DNA from: Octopus sinensis
Taxonomy: Eukaryota
Reading direction: 5' to 3'
NCBI RefSeq assembly: GCF_006345805.1
Contig: NC_042997.1
Location: forward strand, 96,534,001 to 96,598,000
DNA length: 64,000 nt
Of the stretch, positions 12,928-25,695 are shown one piece after another. Each line of letters begins with the position of its first letter. The first letter of the stretch is position 1. The position numbers and the translations under genes are program-made. The notes under the pieces were generated by a model. It was not told where the DNA came from. It worked only from the letters and a program-made list of their open reading frames with translations, and ran no database searches.

Positions 12928-13190
12928 CATATATATATACATATATATATGGGGTGGAGGGTGTATATGTATATGTTTGTGTATCTGAGTTTGTCCGCCC
13001 ATCATCGCTGGACAACCGATGCTAGTATGTTTATGTCCCCGTAACTTAACGGTTCGGCAAGAGACCAATATAATGCATACTAAGCTTATAAAGAATAAGT
13101 TCTAGAGTCGATTTCTTTGATTAAAAAGGCGGTGCTCCAGAATAGCCGCAGTCAAATTAGTGAAACAAATGCAAGACTGAAAGAATAAAA
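12715..13190 (+). mobile_element. tRNA-derived SINE family B with internal (TA)n
   Basis: Head CCAACCACACGGTTCCGGCTTCAGTCCCACTATGTGGCACCTTGGGCATGTG (CORE-like CCTTGGGCA motif), internal (TA)n, tail GGCGGTGCTCCAGAATAGCCGCAGTCAAA. Confidence 0.85.
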
Positions 13191-13714
13191 TCATACATAT
13201 AAGAACTAACAAATATTACGGTTTAGGATTCTTGCAAGATTTTTCTGTGTTGTGTTTAATATACTTAACAGAAACGCGAAATATGTTGAAATTTATTTCT
13301 TGATGAAAACATACGATATAATATATTTGGTAAAATATAATGAGATTACTTAAATATCTAATATGTTACTTCAGGTAAATGGAATTTCAAGTGTATGACA
13401 GAAAAATGTTGTCTGTAGATAGAGAGAAAATTATTTGTGCCTTGATATCCTAATTAATTATATTTTTATGAAATCTAAAATTGATGTTGAAACGTTACGC
13501 AAATTCTGATATCTAAAAAATATATATATAGACACAGATATACAAATACAGAGAAACACACACAAACAAATATACACCTACGGTCAGACACGCACAGACC
13601 CATACACACAACACAAACATGGACAAATACACACACACATACACACACGCACAAACGCACACAAAAACACACACACAATCACACTCACAGAAACACTCAC
13701 ACTTGCGCGCGCAC

Positions 13715-14070
<356 letters not shown>

Positions 14071-15091
14071 ACAGACACGCAAATATAGAATATTTCATAA
14101 CATTTTGAAATAACACCATATGTGTGTGTTATTTTAATTGACATGAACTTTTGAAGAAAAAGATAAGAAGCTAGAGAAGCTTACTGCTGATGTGATAAAG
14201 ACAATTTTCATTAATCTTACATCTGCAGGCGATTTGTCTCTAAGATTTCGGAAAGTGTTTCATGAAACTAAATGAAAATCAGTGTAGTGGATCTATTAAC
14301 GCAACACCAATTTAATGCAATACGCATTTAAAACAATACCTGATATTGTTACTGATGGTTCATAATGTACACATAACTCACAAAAGTAGAAATGAAGTAT
14401 AAGGCATAAGATGCATAAAATTGGAATGTAAGGACACCACGTTGGAGAAAAGTACATTTCAGAAATGGCTCACTGTTCATGTGGAATGACACCAGAACAT
14501 GGACGAGAATACAAACGAAACAATGAAGCATTCTCTAGAAACACAATAACTCGATAAAATGCTGATGTATGAGTTTTAGCAAAACACCGTGGGGGAAACA
14601 TTAAATCTGATTATAGATACTATATATTTGTAAGAGCAACACATACCACACGCAAACTATAAATACCAAGAATGATTAGAGTAACAACGCTCAGTAATAA
14701 CCTGCATCCCCATATAATACACGAATAATTAATAATTAATTTGACTTAACACTTACACTTGCACAAACACATACAGACACACACATTCACAAGAGTATAA
14801 TGACGGAATTTAATTCAGAACACAAACATATTATACTTTACATAGATATCAAACTTAACACAAAATATTCTGTTAAAAAATCTAAATCCTTTAAAAATCT
14901 ATACCCATGGACAATGCTATACGATATGTGCCATGAAAATTATGGGAAAGAGGGAGAGACAAATACAGCCAAAACGTGTCCATATAAACTGTTGCTTTGT
15001 GTATACAAATTTAATTGATATTCGCAAAAAAACAAATGCAAACGCTATATGTGTATGTATGTATGCATCCACGTGTGTTTGCTTGTGTATA

Positions 15092-15148
<57 letters not shown>

Positions 15149-16089
15149 CTGTTTGTGTGTACGTTGTGTGTGTTCGCTTATACATAGCACACTTTGCCAT
15201 GTCCTGATAGATTGGCCAAACTAATAAACATCATCTCTCATCATTGCACCAATTGCGCAGCTATTTTCGAAACATCTGTAAAGAAGGACAGCACCCATTC
15301 TTTTTTTTTCCATTCCAAAGTTATTTACTTGTGATAACATTCATCTACCTACCAAATTATTTTATGTCCACGTTTTTACATTAGAACTACTAAGAACTAC
15401 AAGAACTTTCACTGACCTCCTGCTGTTTATATTCCTTTATGCATATGTCTTTCTTTTTATGTTCTATAATTATGTTATAATCTGTTTCGATACCTTTATT
15501 TGTCTCTCAATCATTTTGTGGTAAAACACACACACAAACCCACACATATGTAAACATGCAGATAGATAGACAGCTAGATAACTTTCTTTATTGGCCACTC
15601 AGGGCTAGACACAGAGGGGATAATTACAATGTAGAGTTTTTCTTTTCGAGGGGGGCCAAAATAAAAATTAAAAAAATTAAAAAGATCATTCAAGTATTAA
15701 CTGTCGAAAAGAAGAGAACTCAATAACTTTGGTGGTTGTGCTTTAGTCAAACCTATGAATTTAGAATCTACCCAGAGTTACCCCTCTTCGGTATTTCCTA
15801 TTGAATACGATTAAAGAGCAAGAAATGCATCTGGAAATCAGATATGGGGCTGCACTGGAAACATACAGTGTTTTTACCCCTTTTACCACAAGTAATTACC
15901 ATTTTCTCCACGGTAACTACAATTTTTGTGCGTTGAAATTTGCCACAAAATATTACTGTCTACGGTGCCACGCAGTGGGTCTGAATCAAGTGGATATCAA
16001 GCTAAAAAACTTACCACACAGCTATCCCCTTACTTGTATAGACATCAGTGATTGTATAATTTTTTACTTCTCGTATTAACATTTTAATT

Positions 16090-17553
16090 CGTATTTCACG
16101 GTAGGTACGGCACGTTTTTCACCATACTCGTTTGATACAATCTGGCCTAAGCAAGTTGATTTTAGTCTCGTCAGGAAAAAGAATTTAATTCCAAAACTCT
16201 TTCCCCGTACTCACATAAGTTTCGGCAAAAGAAAGACGACTTGGCTTATGTTTGGTAGTGAGGAGAGGCTTTCTACGAGGACTGCATCCATGAAGACCAC
16301 ACTGGTTCAAACTTCGGCGAAATGTTTGGGCGGATACACTCTTTCCACTAACGGAAAACACTTCTTGGGCCAAAGATGAAGCGATACGACACCTGTCGTC
16401 CATCACGCAACGTTGGATGTTGCGAATATCACGCGCACTTAAAGCAGAAGGACAACCCGGATGCTATTTATTGCTTAGCCGTCAAATTGCTTTGTATTGG
16501 GTTGTCCGGAAAGTTCGTGCCGATTTTTAAGGGAAAGAAAAAGGTCAGTAACTACTTGCTATTACATTTTTAATCAACCAAATATGAACCATTTTATTGC
16601 ACAATGCGTCTCCATCTTTCCTTTAACTTGAAAATACTCTCTTCCCAGAATTTGGGTGGTTTCGTGGCAAAGAATTCATCAATGTATCTTTTTACGTCAT
16701 CCAAGGAATTGAAATTTTTATCATTAAAACTATTCTGCAGAGACCTGAATTAGTGGAAATCCGAAGGAGCAATATCTGGTGAATTTGGAGGATTGGGTAA
16801 CACATCCCAGCCGAGCTGCAGCAATTTTTGTCTGGTTCTCAAAGCATCAAGTGCCGAAAATGAACCTTCTTATCTTCTATTTTAAAGGGTTACATAATTA
16901 ACACAGGTTATAGGAACATAAACCTTCTTCCATGAAAAGATAGCTTAAACTGTGCTCTAAATGAAGATGTAGTCAAATCATATTTTATGGACTCAACCAT
17001 GTTCTAAAATAAATCGAAAGATGAGCTACTATAAATCGGCACGAACTTTCCGGACAACCTAATACTTCTAAATTACTTTGGCAACTGTGATTACGTTAAT
17101 GTATATTCGTTTACTAATTAACTTGTATCGTAAATCATTCTTGTGCAAATTAAAAAATAATTTTCCTTAAATCTTCAGACAATCCTTTTCCTTTTGGTGC
17201 CATTTTAATCACAATGAAGATTTTCACCATGTTACACAAATCAGAATTCCTGCAGAGGCAATATCAATGACCGGTGCAAAAATGCCAGGAGAAATAATTT
17301 ATTGGAATTGAAATTATCACCAATATCTGAATTTAACAAAAGAAGTGGATGAACTTTAAAATATAGCAAATTTCCTTTAGGGTATAAATATATTTGTAAC
17401 GTTTGAAAATTAATATTTGGTTCATATCTTTGAAAATGTTTATTGTTTTGTGTTCCAAATTTGTAAAATGTTTGCTTGTATAATATATTTCTACTCAGTA
17501 TAAATTTCGTTTTATTTCCTTCGATATCAGACAAATGGCAATTTTACTGAAAT
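16090..17553 (-). mobile_element. Tc1-family transposon relic (5' part), interrupted by a nested mariner
   Basis: ATG at 17203: MAPKGKGLSEDLRKIIFNLHKNDLRYKLISKRIYINVITVAKVI*K; after removing 16497-17064 it continues YKAI...PGCPSALSARDIRNIQRCVMDDRCRIASSLAQEVFSVSGKSVSAQTFRRSLNQCGLHGCSPRRKPLL...ILFPDETKINL (first catalytic D region). Confidence 0.85.
16497..17062 (-). mobile_element. internally deleted mariner element with TIRs and TA target duplication
   Basis: Left TIR TTGGGTTGTCCGGAAAGTTCGTGCCGATTT; right TIR reverse complement TTAGGTTGTCCGGAAAGTTCGTGCCGATTT; TA at 16495-16496 and 17063-17064; MEDKKVHFRHLML is joined to QLGWDVLPNPPNSPDIAPSDFH..KLKERWRRIVQ. Confidence 0.92.
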
Positions 17554-17577
17554 ATTTAGATACTATATATATATATA

Positions 17578-18050
17578 CAGCTATTATATAAAATCCGTTT
17601 GTCTGTCTGTCTGTGCGTTTTCTAGGATCTCGGGCATCCTCCATCTGATTGCACTCAAATTTATATGTACAAAAGTCTTGAAAAAATTACCAAAATCGAT
17701 TCCAGGTGAGAATGCAATCGATAAAGCCGTGGGAATGTGTATTTGTACGCGCAAGTACATCAGCTGTTGCTATCGATACTACGCGAACGCGAGAAAACTG
17801 CTAGTGCAGTTTGCGCAAAAAAAGCCGGCTGGTTTGAAATAATGCCACAAAATAGGACGGTCGGACAAGTTGTTTTGAGAAATTTTGGCCTAAATGTTTG
17901 ACAACTCAGCACCGCCCATTGGACGGAGGGCGTTTTGTATGTATATAATTGAATAATTTTTTTCAAAAATTGGAGTCAACGAGTAGGAGTACGTTTGGAT
18001 ATTTATTGTCAATCACTACAACGTAGTTTTCCACGGGTACAAGTGCTTGT
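17578..18050 (+). mobile_element. probable non-autonomous Helitron/HINE-like element
   Basis: 5' CTATTATATAAAATCCGTTTGTCTGTCTGTCTG (GTCT microsatellite near the 5' end); 3' CAACGTAGTTTTCCACGGGTACAAGTGCTTGT (degenerate CTAGT-type end); no coding remnant. Confidence 0.45.
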
Positions 18051-18175
18051 TTATGCTACCGTTTACGAAAGCTAGATGTACGTATAATACCACTACTGGA
18101 TAACACAAGGTAAAATCTGAAGGTGGACGAGTTCATACAGTACTCTACTACTTTCTTAACAGACTATATCATACC

Positions 18176-18229
<54 letters not shown>

Positions 18230-18499
18230 TGTGTGTGTCTGTGTGTGTGTTTGTGTATGTGTGTGTATACATATTACTGTACATGGGCATGAATTTCTGT
18301 TAAACTATAGTGTGATACACATGTACTCAAATATGAGTGCATTGCATCTTATGCCAGAAACAAATTAATGAAGTTCATGAGATAATTACTTATTTCCTTG
18401 TCATTTACTTAATTTCTTATATACATTCACACACACACACGCTCATATTTGCATATCATAGACGTAGTGACTGGGAGACAGACAGGTAGCTAGATAGAC

Positions 18500-18578
<79 letters not shown>

Positions 18579-18672
18579 AAGATATAATGTGATATGATAT
18601 ATTTCTGTAAAAATGCACAGAAATGCCTCACACATACGTACATGCATATATATATATATATATATATATTTT

Positions 18673-18716
<44 letters not shown>

Positions 18717-18829
18717 AAAAAATAAGCAACAAGAATGGATCCGGTAATTTACTACAATTGTTTCCTACCATAACAATTTATTAAAGCTGCAAATATTACA
18801 GCAAATATAATATGTCAAGTAATCTTCAG

Positions 18830-19110
18830 CTAATTTCATATAGGTTTTCCAATAATATAAAGTTCTCAAATCAATTAGTAACATCTTATAGAGTGTAAAT
18901 ATACCGATAAAGTTGTAGATGTGAGTTTCAGGAACTTGAAGTAAGATGCCAAGCAAACCAAGATTGAGTTGATATATGCTTTCCAACAATGTAAAGTTCT
19001 CAAATTAATTAGTGACATCCCAGAGAAGGTAAATATACCGATAAATTTGTGGATATAAATTTCAGGAAACATGAAGAAAGATGCCAGTCAGACCAATATT
19101 AAGTTCGCAT
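18830..19110. repeat. diverged tandem duplication, period ~134 bp
   Basis: TAAAGTTCTCAAAT.AATTAGT.ACATC...GTAAATATACCGATAAA at 18858 and again at 18992. Confidence 0.85.
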
Positions 19111-19672
19111 CTAACTGTTGCAAGAAAAAATTTCTTAATGGTAGGAATGGTAGTAAGGTAGGTTAAGGAAGCTGATTAGCTGGAGAAAAGAACAGAAGGA
19201 GAAAAAAAATTTGGGGGGCGTAAAAGGAACAAAGACAGATTGACACTAAAATAAGGGTCAGTCTATTTCTATGGTGACAGAAAATCTAGGTCAGTGTGGA
19301 AGGAACATTAAATTCTTAAGAGACTATAAGGTTGACCACACCTTGCTTTCAAATGAAAGAAATCAGAATTTATAGTCGGGGTTAGGAGAAAGGAATATCT
19401 AAGGAAAACTATGAGGGTCTTAGGTTATCGGTAGAGAAGGATACAATAAGAAAATCAAGGTTGACACTAGAATAGAAGGCAATTTATTTCTATTTTTGTT
19501 TTTATTTTAAATTTTATTTTTTTTATGGTAAGAAAGAATCTAGGTCACTATCTAGAGGTCAATTAAAATCAATAGCAAATGGTAGGGGAACTGTACATAT
19601 TCAAAATTTATAGTGAAAATCAAATATATAACTAAGGGAATAGTATTTTATGTTAATTTATATATATATTAT

Positions 19673-19726
<54 letters not shown>

Positions 19727-19772
19727 CACATATATATATATATATATTTATATACATACATATACATATATA

Positions 19773-19822
<50 letters not shown>

Positions 19823-19839
19823 GGAGAGGAAACATTTTA

Positions 19840-20840
19840 ATAAGGCAGAATGTTTAATTGAGAGTAAATTTTAATAAAAATGGCTATATGGAAAATTAAA
19901 AAAGAAAAAATAATAAATCAAACCAGTTTTCAAGGCAAGGCAAATTTCAAGATTTGGAAGGAGAAAAGAAATTTTTTTTAAATTGAGGAAGGGGAAAAAA
20001 GAAATTTACAATGTTTTTTTTTCAAAAAAATAATAATATATATATACAAAAATTAATAAATACGTATACCAATATATTGTAGAGTCTTTATGCTTTTAGA
20101 GTTCAATAATAGTCCTTGGAAAAACTTCTTTGGAAGATTAGGATGCATGTGCTTAAATGTAGCGTTTAGTTTAAAGGGTTGGGTGAATGTGTGTCAAAAC
20201 AGGAAATGGTGTAGAAGTTATTCAGTTCCTGTGAGTAAGCGGAGGCAATTCTGTGGAATTTATGCTCTTTAATTGGAATGATGGATTTTTTGTCAAACAG
20301 GATGCTTATATCAATTTTTTATCAGATAGGGTGCTAGAAAAGGAGTATGGTCATCGTGGACTTTGCATATTAAGACGTGTTTGGAATTTTTCAATAAAAA
20401 GATTCTCCTTGTTGATTCTTTCTTGTGTAGAGATTCTGTCCTTACATTGGTAGAAAGGGAATATGTAAAATTTGGGATTTTTATCTCTGGTACAAGAGTC
20501 TATGTGGCTATTTAGTGGAATTCGACGGTATTGTAGGAGATTTATCTGTTCTTTATGGACCGCTACTCTTCTATGTAAAGGAAGGCTCGTTTGTCCAACA
20601 TAATTGTGTTGGCAACCGGCGCATGTGAGAACGTAGATGAGGTTCTCGAAGGTACAAGAGAGGTTAGTCTTGATTTTAAACTTTGTTCCTTGTTTGAAAG
20701 TAAATTCAAAGCCTTCAAGTAGGAAGAGGCAGGTACCACAGTTGGGCGTGCACATTTTTTAACTGATGGGGGTGAATGTGGTGTGTGAAGTTTGGCATTT
20801 GCTAAGAGTTTTTTCAAAGATTTATGTTGCCTTTTGCTTT
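19840..20840 (-). mobile_element. Penelope-like element 3' fragment with GIY-YIG endonuclease
   Basis: KRQHKSLKKLL..VKKC/TPNCGTC..LSCTFENLIYVLTCAGCQHNYVGQTSLPLHRRVAVHKEQI..ERINKENLFIEKFQTRLN (20351-20840); the 3' region runs to (TA)n near 19820. Confidence 0.85.
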
Positions 20841-21086
20841 TAAATATACTCATACATAAACGTAAACATATACATATATGCACACTCGTACAGGCATATA
20901 TTCACACTCGCCGCATATATGAATATACATATATGTACACACATACACACACACACACGTATTTACATATACACGCATATGCCTATATATGTATAAATAT
21001 ACACACACTCATACGTATACATGTATCCGCAACTTTATACTCACATAGATATATGTCTTTTATTCAACGATTTTTTCATCGTCAAA

Positions 21087-21144
21087 ATAGCCGATGAAAA
21101 TGTCTCAAACACTTAGCTCTGGCATTTGAAACTCTGAGTTCTTT
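21087..21144 (+). ncRNA. hammerhead ribozyme-like motif, type I minimal, CCGAUGA core variant
   Basis: ATAG-CCGATGA-AAATGTC..GGCATTT-GAAA-CTC-T-GAG-TT-CTTT; stem II 7 bp, palindromic stem III, imperfect stem I. Confidence 0.5.
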
Positions 21145-21168
21145 TCTGACAAATTACTGATTGTCCTA

Positions 21169-21216
<48 letters not shown>

Positions 21217-21340
21217 TATATACATATATACATATACTTATACATATACACTCATATATATATATACTTATGTATATATACGTACCTACATATATACATA
21301 CATATATACATATATATATATATGTATATATGTATATATA

Positions 21341-21390
<50 letters not shown>

Positions 21391-22060
21391 ATATATACAT
21401 ACATTAAGCTACTTATTTCAGGTTACGCTTTCTGTTGGAAGTTTACGTATGTGTAAACCGTATCGAAATATATCTCCATTTCGTTCATAACGGGATAATT
21501 TTGTTATTCTATATATAATAACATATAGAATTTCGATATACTTTCCATCTTTTATTACTTTTTCTATTAACAGTTCATTCAATCGAGATGTGCATCGCAT
21601 TCCTTGATGGTATTCTTTATTTTTATTTATTGTAATATTTTTGAGAATGCAGGTAATATATAAATACGCTAATTGTAACTTATGCTTTGAACTACATGCT
21701 TATATATATATATTGACGCATAAACCAGACAGAATCAGAATTATATTATACAGCTATTATATTGTTTATTAAGATAAGATGACAATGTCATTACTACAAT
21801 TACAGTATTGTTGCTAAAAATAAAATTCCAAATATTATTATTGTTATTATTTTTAGTTTAATAAAATCGTTACAGCGCCGATCAAAATGTCTTTGACACA
21901 TTTGGCTACCAGTCTCTACGTGGTAATTTTAAATAAATGATTATACACACACAAACACAAATACACAAACACAACACACACAATCTCACAGAGAGGCACA
22001 AGCGAAAAAGACAAACAAATGAAATGACACATACACATGCATAGATGTATATATATATAT

Positions 22061-23551
22061 CTCCAACGCACCATTCTTCGAGCTTTCCGTCATCTCCAGT
22101 CCGACCCGTCCACTTCACACCTCTTCCCTAACCGACCCCTCCCCTCTTTCAAACGAGCCCACAACCTTCGAGACCTTTTGGTCCATAGCTCCTTCCCTGA
22201 CCCTACCTCCCAACCCGGCTCGTTCTCCTGCTCCCGCCCACGTTGCCGCACTTGCCCTTACCTCTCCAACCACCCGCCTCACTAGCACCCACCATCGACC
22301 CTATCCCATCATCCACTCCTTCACCTGCACCTCCAGCAATATTATCTATTGCATCTCTTGCTCTCTCTGCAATTCCTTGTACATCGGACAAACGGGACGC
22401 CGCTTGGCTGACCGGTTCGCGGAACACCTTCGTGACATCCACCTTGCGAACGACACACCGGTCTCACGCCATTTCCGCTCCACCGGTCACTCCTTGCAAC
22501 ACCTATCTGTGTTCGGTTTGTCCTTACACAGAGGCCATCCGGATTCCCGTTTGCGCCGTGAACAAGAATTAATCTTCTCTCTTCGCTCTTATACGCCATT
22601 TGGTCTCAACTCTCCCCCCCCTCCTCATCTAACCCCCCTCCCCCCTCCTCACCTATCCTTTCTCCCCCCGACCCCTACTTCTTCAGTCCTTCATCCTTTC
22701 ACCCCTACTCCCCTTCCCTCTTCCCTCTTTCTCCCTCCCTCTCCCCCTTCCCTCTGCTCCTCTCTCCCCTTCCTTCTCCCCCTCCTCTCCTCTTCCCCCT
22801 TATCCCCCCTCTTCTTCCTCCCCCTTCTCTCCCCCCTCTTCTCCCCCCCTCCCCCTCTTCTCCTCACTACACCACATGACTTTACACATCACATCACACA
22901 TGATGTGCCATACTAATACACACACCAACTAATACATACTAATACGTACTAATACATACTAGTACATACTAATACTTACACCAACCCTATACATACACAC
23001 GTCCAGACCCCGCATACGCACTTACACTCTCTCACACACACACACACCTATACATACCAATACGTACTAATACATACTAATACATACTAATACATACACC
23101 AACCCCATACATACGCACGTCCAGACCAATCCTACGCACTAATACTCTCTCATACACACACACACACACACACCCCACACCTACCCTACTAATACATACA
23201 CCAACCCTATACATACACACATCCAGACCCCTCCCACGCCTTTTAGCTGGTCCCTCAACCCATTTATCAACCCTATTATCTCCCCTTATTTCGCTCTCGC
23301 GTCTCATGTTTGATCTTTGACCTCTGGCCGAAATCAGATCGCCATGTTGATTCGTTAGCTACTGCACGCATTTTTTTTTTCTCTCCTTCTTTCTGTGTTT
23401 TTCTCTCTCTGTGTATCTTTCTGTTGAAGAGCGTAGGCTCGAAACGTTAAAGACTTGTTTTATTTATATTTCCTGAGCGCCATACTAATACAATTGTTCG
23501 TTTGTTTTCCACCTGCCTTCGTCTTTTGTTTATTTTCATAAAGCTTCCCGT
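22061..23551 (+). mobile_element. Penelope-like element 3' fragment: GIY-YIG, C/T-rich tract, ~118-bp internal repeats, terminal region; (TA)n at both ends
   Basis: FKRAHNLRDLLVHS..CSRPRCRTC..FTCTSSNIIYCISCSLCNSLYIGQTGRRLADRFAEHLRDI..VSRHF..RLRREQELIFSLRSYTPFGLN (22061-22612). Confidence 0.92.
23416..23453 (+). ncRNA. hammerhead ribozyme-like motif, CUGUUGA core variant, loopless palindromic stem III
   Basis: TCTTT-CTGTTGA-A-GAGC-GTAG-GCTC-GAAA-CG-TT-AAAGA; located near the 3' end of a GIY-YIG PLE. Confidence 0.6.
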
Positions 23552-23574
23552 TATATATATATATATATACATAT

Positions 23575-24247
23575 AAATAATAAATATTAGGGAATAAATC
23601 CAAATTTACAGGGAAAAAATCAGATTTAGGATTAAATCGATTTTATAGTAAAATATTATAAAATATTATTCGAGACAAAACCACTATTTTGCAAAACAAA
23701 CAAGGAAAGACTTAATCAATACATAAATTTTAATAAATAGTCAAAAAAACCGCCACTACAATCGTTTCTTGTCTTGATCGACAATCTTCAGGTGGACTTC
23801 CAATAGGATAGAATGTAGAACACTGTACGTCCTTGTTCAAAATTATTTAACTGCAACAGTTTTCTCTACCTCTTCATTGGTAAATCGACCATGGAACAGT
23901 TCTCGTAAACGTAGAACCATTTTAGTTCGATCACACATTTGTTCGTATTCGTTGTTTTGGGCCATGACAGAGGAGAAATACTGTGGCAAAGCAGCGACAG
24001 GCTCTTGTTTTGGGTTGTTTTCTAAAAATAACTTTTTTTCTTCTTCGTAATTAAATATTTTGTCTCGCTTTTGTTGTGGTTGATAGTTTCGTTATTAAAA
24101 CATAAATTGACAGATTCAGGGAGTTTGTTATAAACTTTAAGCTTCACTAAAGTTTTAAGAATTCAGTGGTGGTAATGGGACATGAGTGTTGAAGTAGGAA
24201 GGCCGGGCGGCAGATTGAGGAAGTAATAGACGGGGAAAAAGAATATA

Positions 24248-24295
<48 letters not shown>

Positions 24296-25134
24296 TGTGT
24301 GACTTAAAGGAGTGGCTTTATTTGTAAAATTAGGAGAGTTAGGCTCTTTTGATTGGGTTGGACATGAAAATTGAGATGATTTCAACCACTTTTCGATTTT
24401 ACGGATTTGGCATGGCGAATGTAAGAGTTGAAGATTTTGGTGAGCAGTAATAACTCCTTCATGTTTTGTTTGGTCTCCCTATTGTTTTCATGGTGTCTGA
24501 TGAGAGATTGCTAAGGATGTGGTCTAGATGGAATGTATCTTTACGTTTGTGTTTGTCTTCTTTCTGCAGTGGTTGGAGGATGATTGTCCGTCCGCAATAG
24601 TTCAGTCGGTACATAGTCATTTACGTCCTTAACTGCTGCTTTGGTTGTCGGTAGCGACAGTAATGGTGGTCACGTGCACGCGATAATCTTCGTCGACGGT
24701 CACCCTCTTTACCACTTCGATCCGATCGATCATCGAGAAGGAGAGTTTGCCTCCGTAACAACATGCCTCCGTTAAAGACTGCATCTGTCTGAAGTTCCCT
24801 CCTCAAAATTACTTTTCTTGTTGTTATATATTTTACCAAGTTTTGGATAGTAAATCTTCGAAAATCAATGCCATACACTTGGAGGGTGCAAAAGAAACCG
24901 ACCCACTCTGCATACACTTGTGGTCAGTTCCGTAACAAAACTGTCAACAAGAGGCAATAATAAAATGCCGGCCGCGCAAAATGAACAATAAATGAAAGGC
25001 ACTTTATAATTCGACATAAAGTGTGACTCCCAGACAAGAAACACTATTTTTCTAAATTTTAAAGCATGAACGTGCAGTATGTAATTTCAGCAAGAGTTGT
25101 AGTTGTTGAAAGTAGTCTCTAATAAGCGACTGAT
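23575..25134 (-). mobile_element. HHR-bearing non-autonomous repeat unit, probably PLE-derived (longer copy)
   Basis: Contains the left arm of the inverted repeat and the HHR at 23753-23795; its 3' end abuts (TA)n at ~23552-23575; no RT or GIY-YIG recognisable. Confidence 0.6.
23753..23795 (-). ncRNA. type I minimal hammerhead ribozyme, canonical core
   Basis: Reverse complement CCAC-CTGAAGA-TTGTC-GATCAA-GACAA-GAAA-C-GATT-G-TA-GTGG. Confidence 0.85.
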
Positions 25135-25357
25135 ATTTTACAAATAAAGCCACTCCTTTAAGTCACACACACACATACACACACACACACACACACATAC
25201 ATATATTCTTTTTCCCCGTCTATTACTTCCTCAATCTGCCGCCCGGCCTTCCTACTTCAACACTCATGTCCCATTACCACCACTGAATTCTTAAAACTTT
25301 AGTGAAGCTTAAAGTTTATAACAAACTCCCTGAATCTGTCAATTTATGTTTTAATAA

Positions 25358-25660
25358 CGAAACTATCAACCACAACAAAAGCGAGACAAAATATTTAATT
25401 ACGAAGAAGTAAAAAAGTTATTTTTAGAAAACAACCCAAAACAAGAGCCTGTCGCTGCTTTGCCACAGTATTTCTCCTCTGTCATGGCCCAAAACAACGA
25501 ATACGAACAAATGTGTGATCGAACTAAAATGGTTCTACGTTTACGAGAACTGTTCCATGGTCGATTTACCAATGAAGAGGTAGAGAAACTGTTGCAGTTA
25601 AATAATTTTGAACAAGGACGTACAGTGTTCTACATTCTATCCTATTGGAAGTCCACCTGA
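25358..25660 (+). CDS. small ORF inside the repeat arm, with a CUE/UBA-like C-terminal pattern; coding status unproven
   Basis: Stop-free for 100 codons; first ATG gives MAQNNEYEQMCDRTKMVLRLRELFHGRFTNEEVEKLLQLNNFEQGRTVFYILSYWKST*; the left-arm copy has a +1 frameshift. Confidence 0.3.
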   Translation, partial: RNYQPQQKRDKIFNYEEVKKLFLENNPKQEPVAALPQYFSSVMAQNNEYEQMCDRTKMVLRLRELFHGRFTNEEVEKLLQLNNFEQGRTVFYILSYWKST

Positions 25661-25695
25661 AGATTGTCGATCAAGACAAGAAACGATTGTAGTGG
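25653..25695 (+). ncRNA. type I minimal hammerhead ribozyme, canonical core, predicted cleavage after 25691 (GUA)
   Basis: CCAC(25653-56) CTGAAGA(57-63) TTGTC/GACAA stem II, GAAA(80-83), C-GATT-G stem III, TA, GTGG(92-95). Confidence 0.85.

Noticed and set aside
17241-17534. 97-aa minus-strand ORF
   Set aside because: Lies in the 5' non-coding region of the Tc1 relic whose real start is at 17203
22920-23220. Regularly spaced short repeats as a possible CRISPR-like array
   Set aside because: Eukaryotic low-complexity ~118-bp tandem units without unique spacers, inside a PLE 3' region
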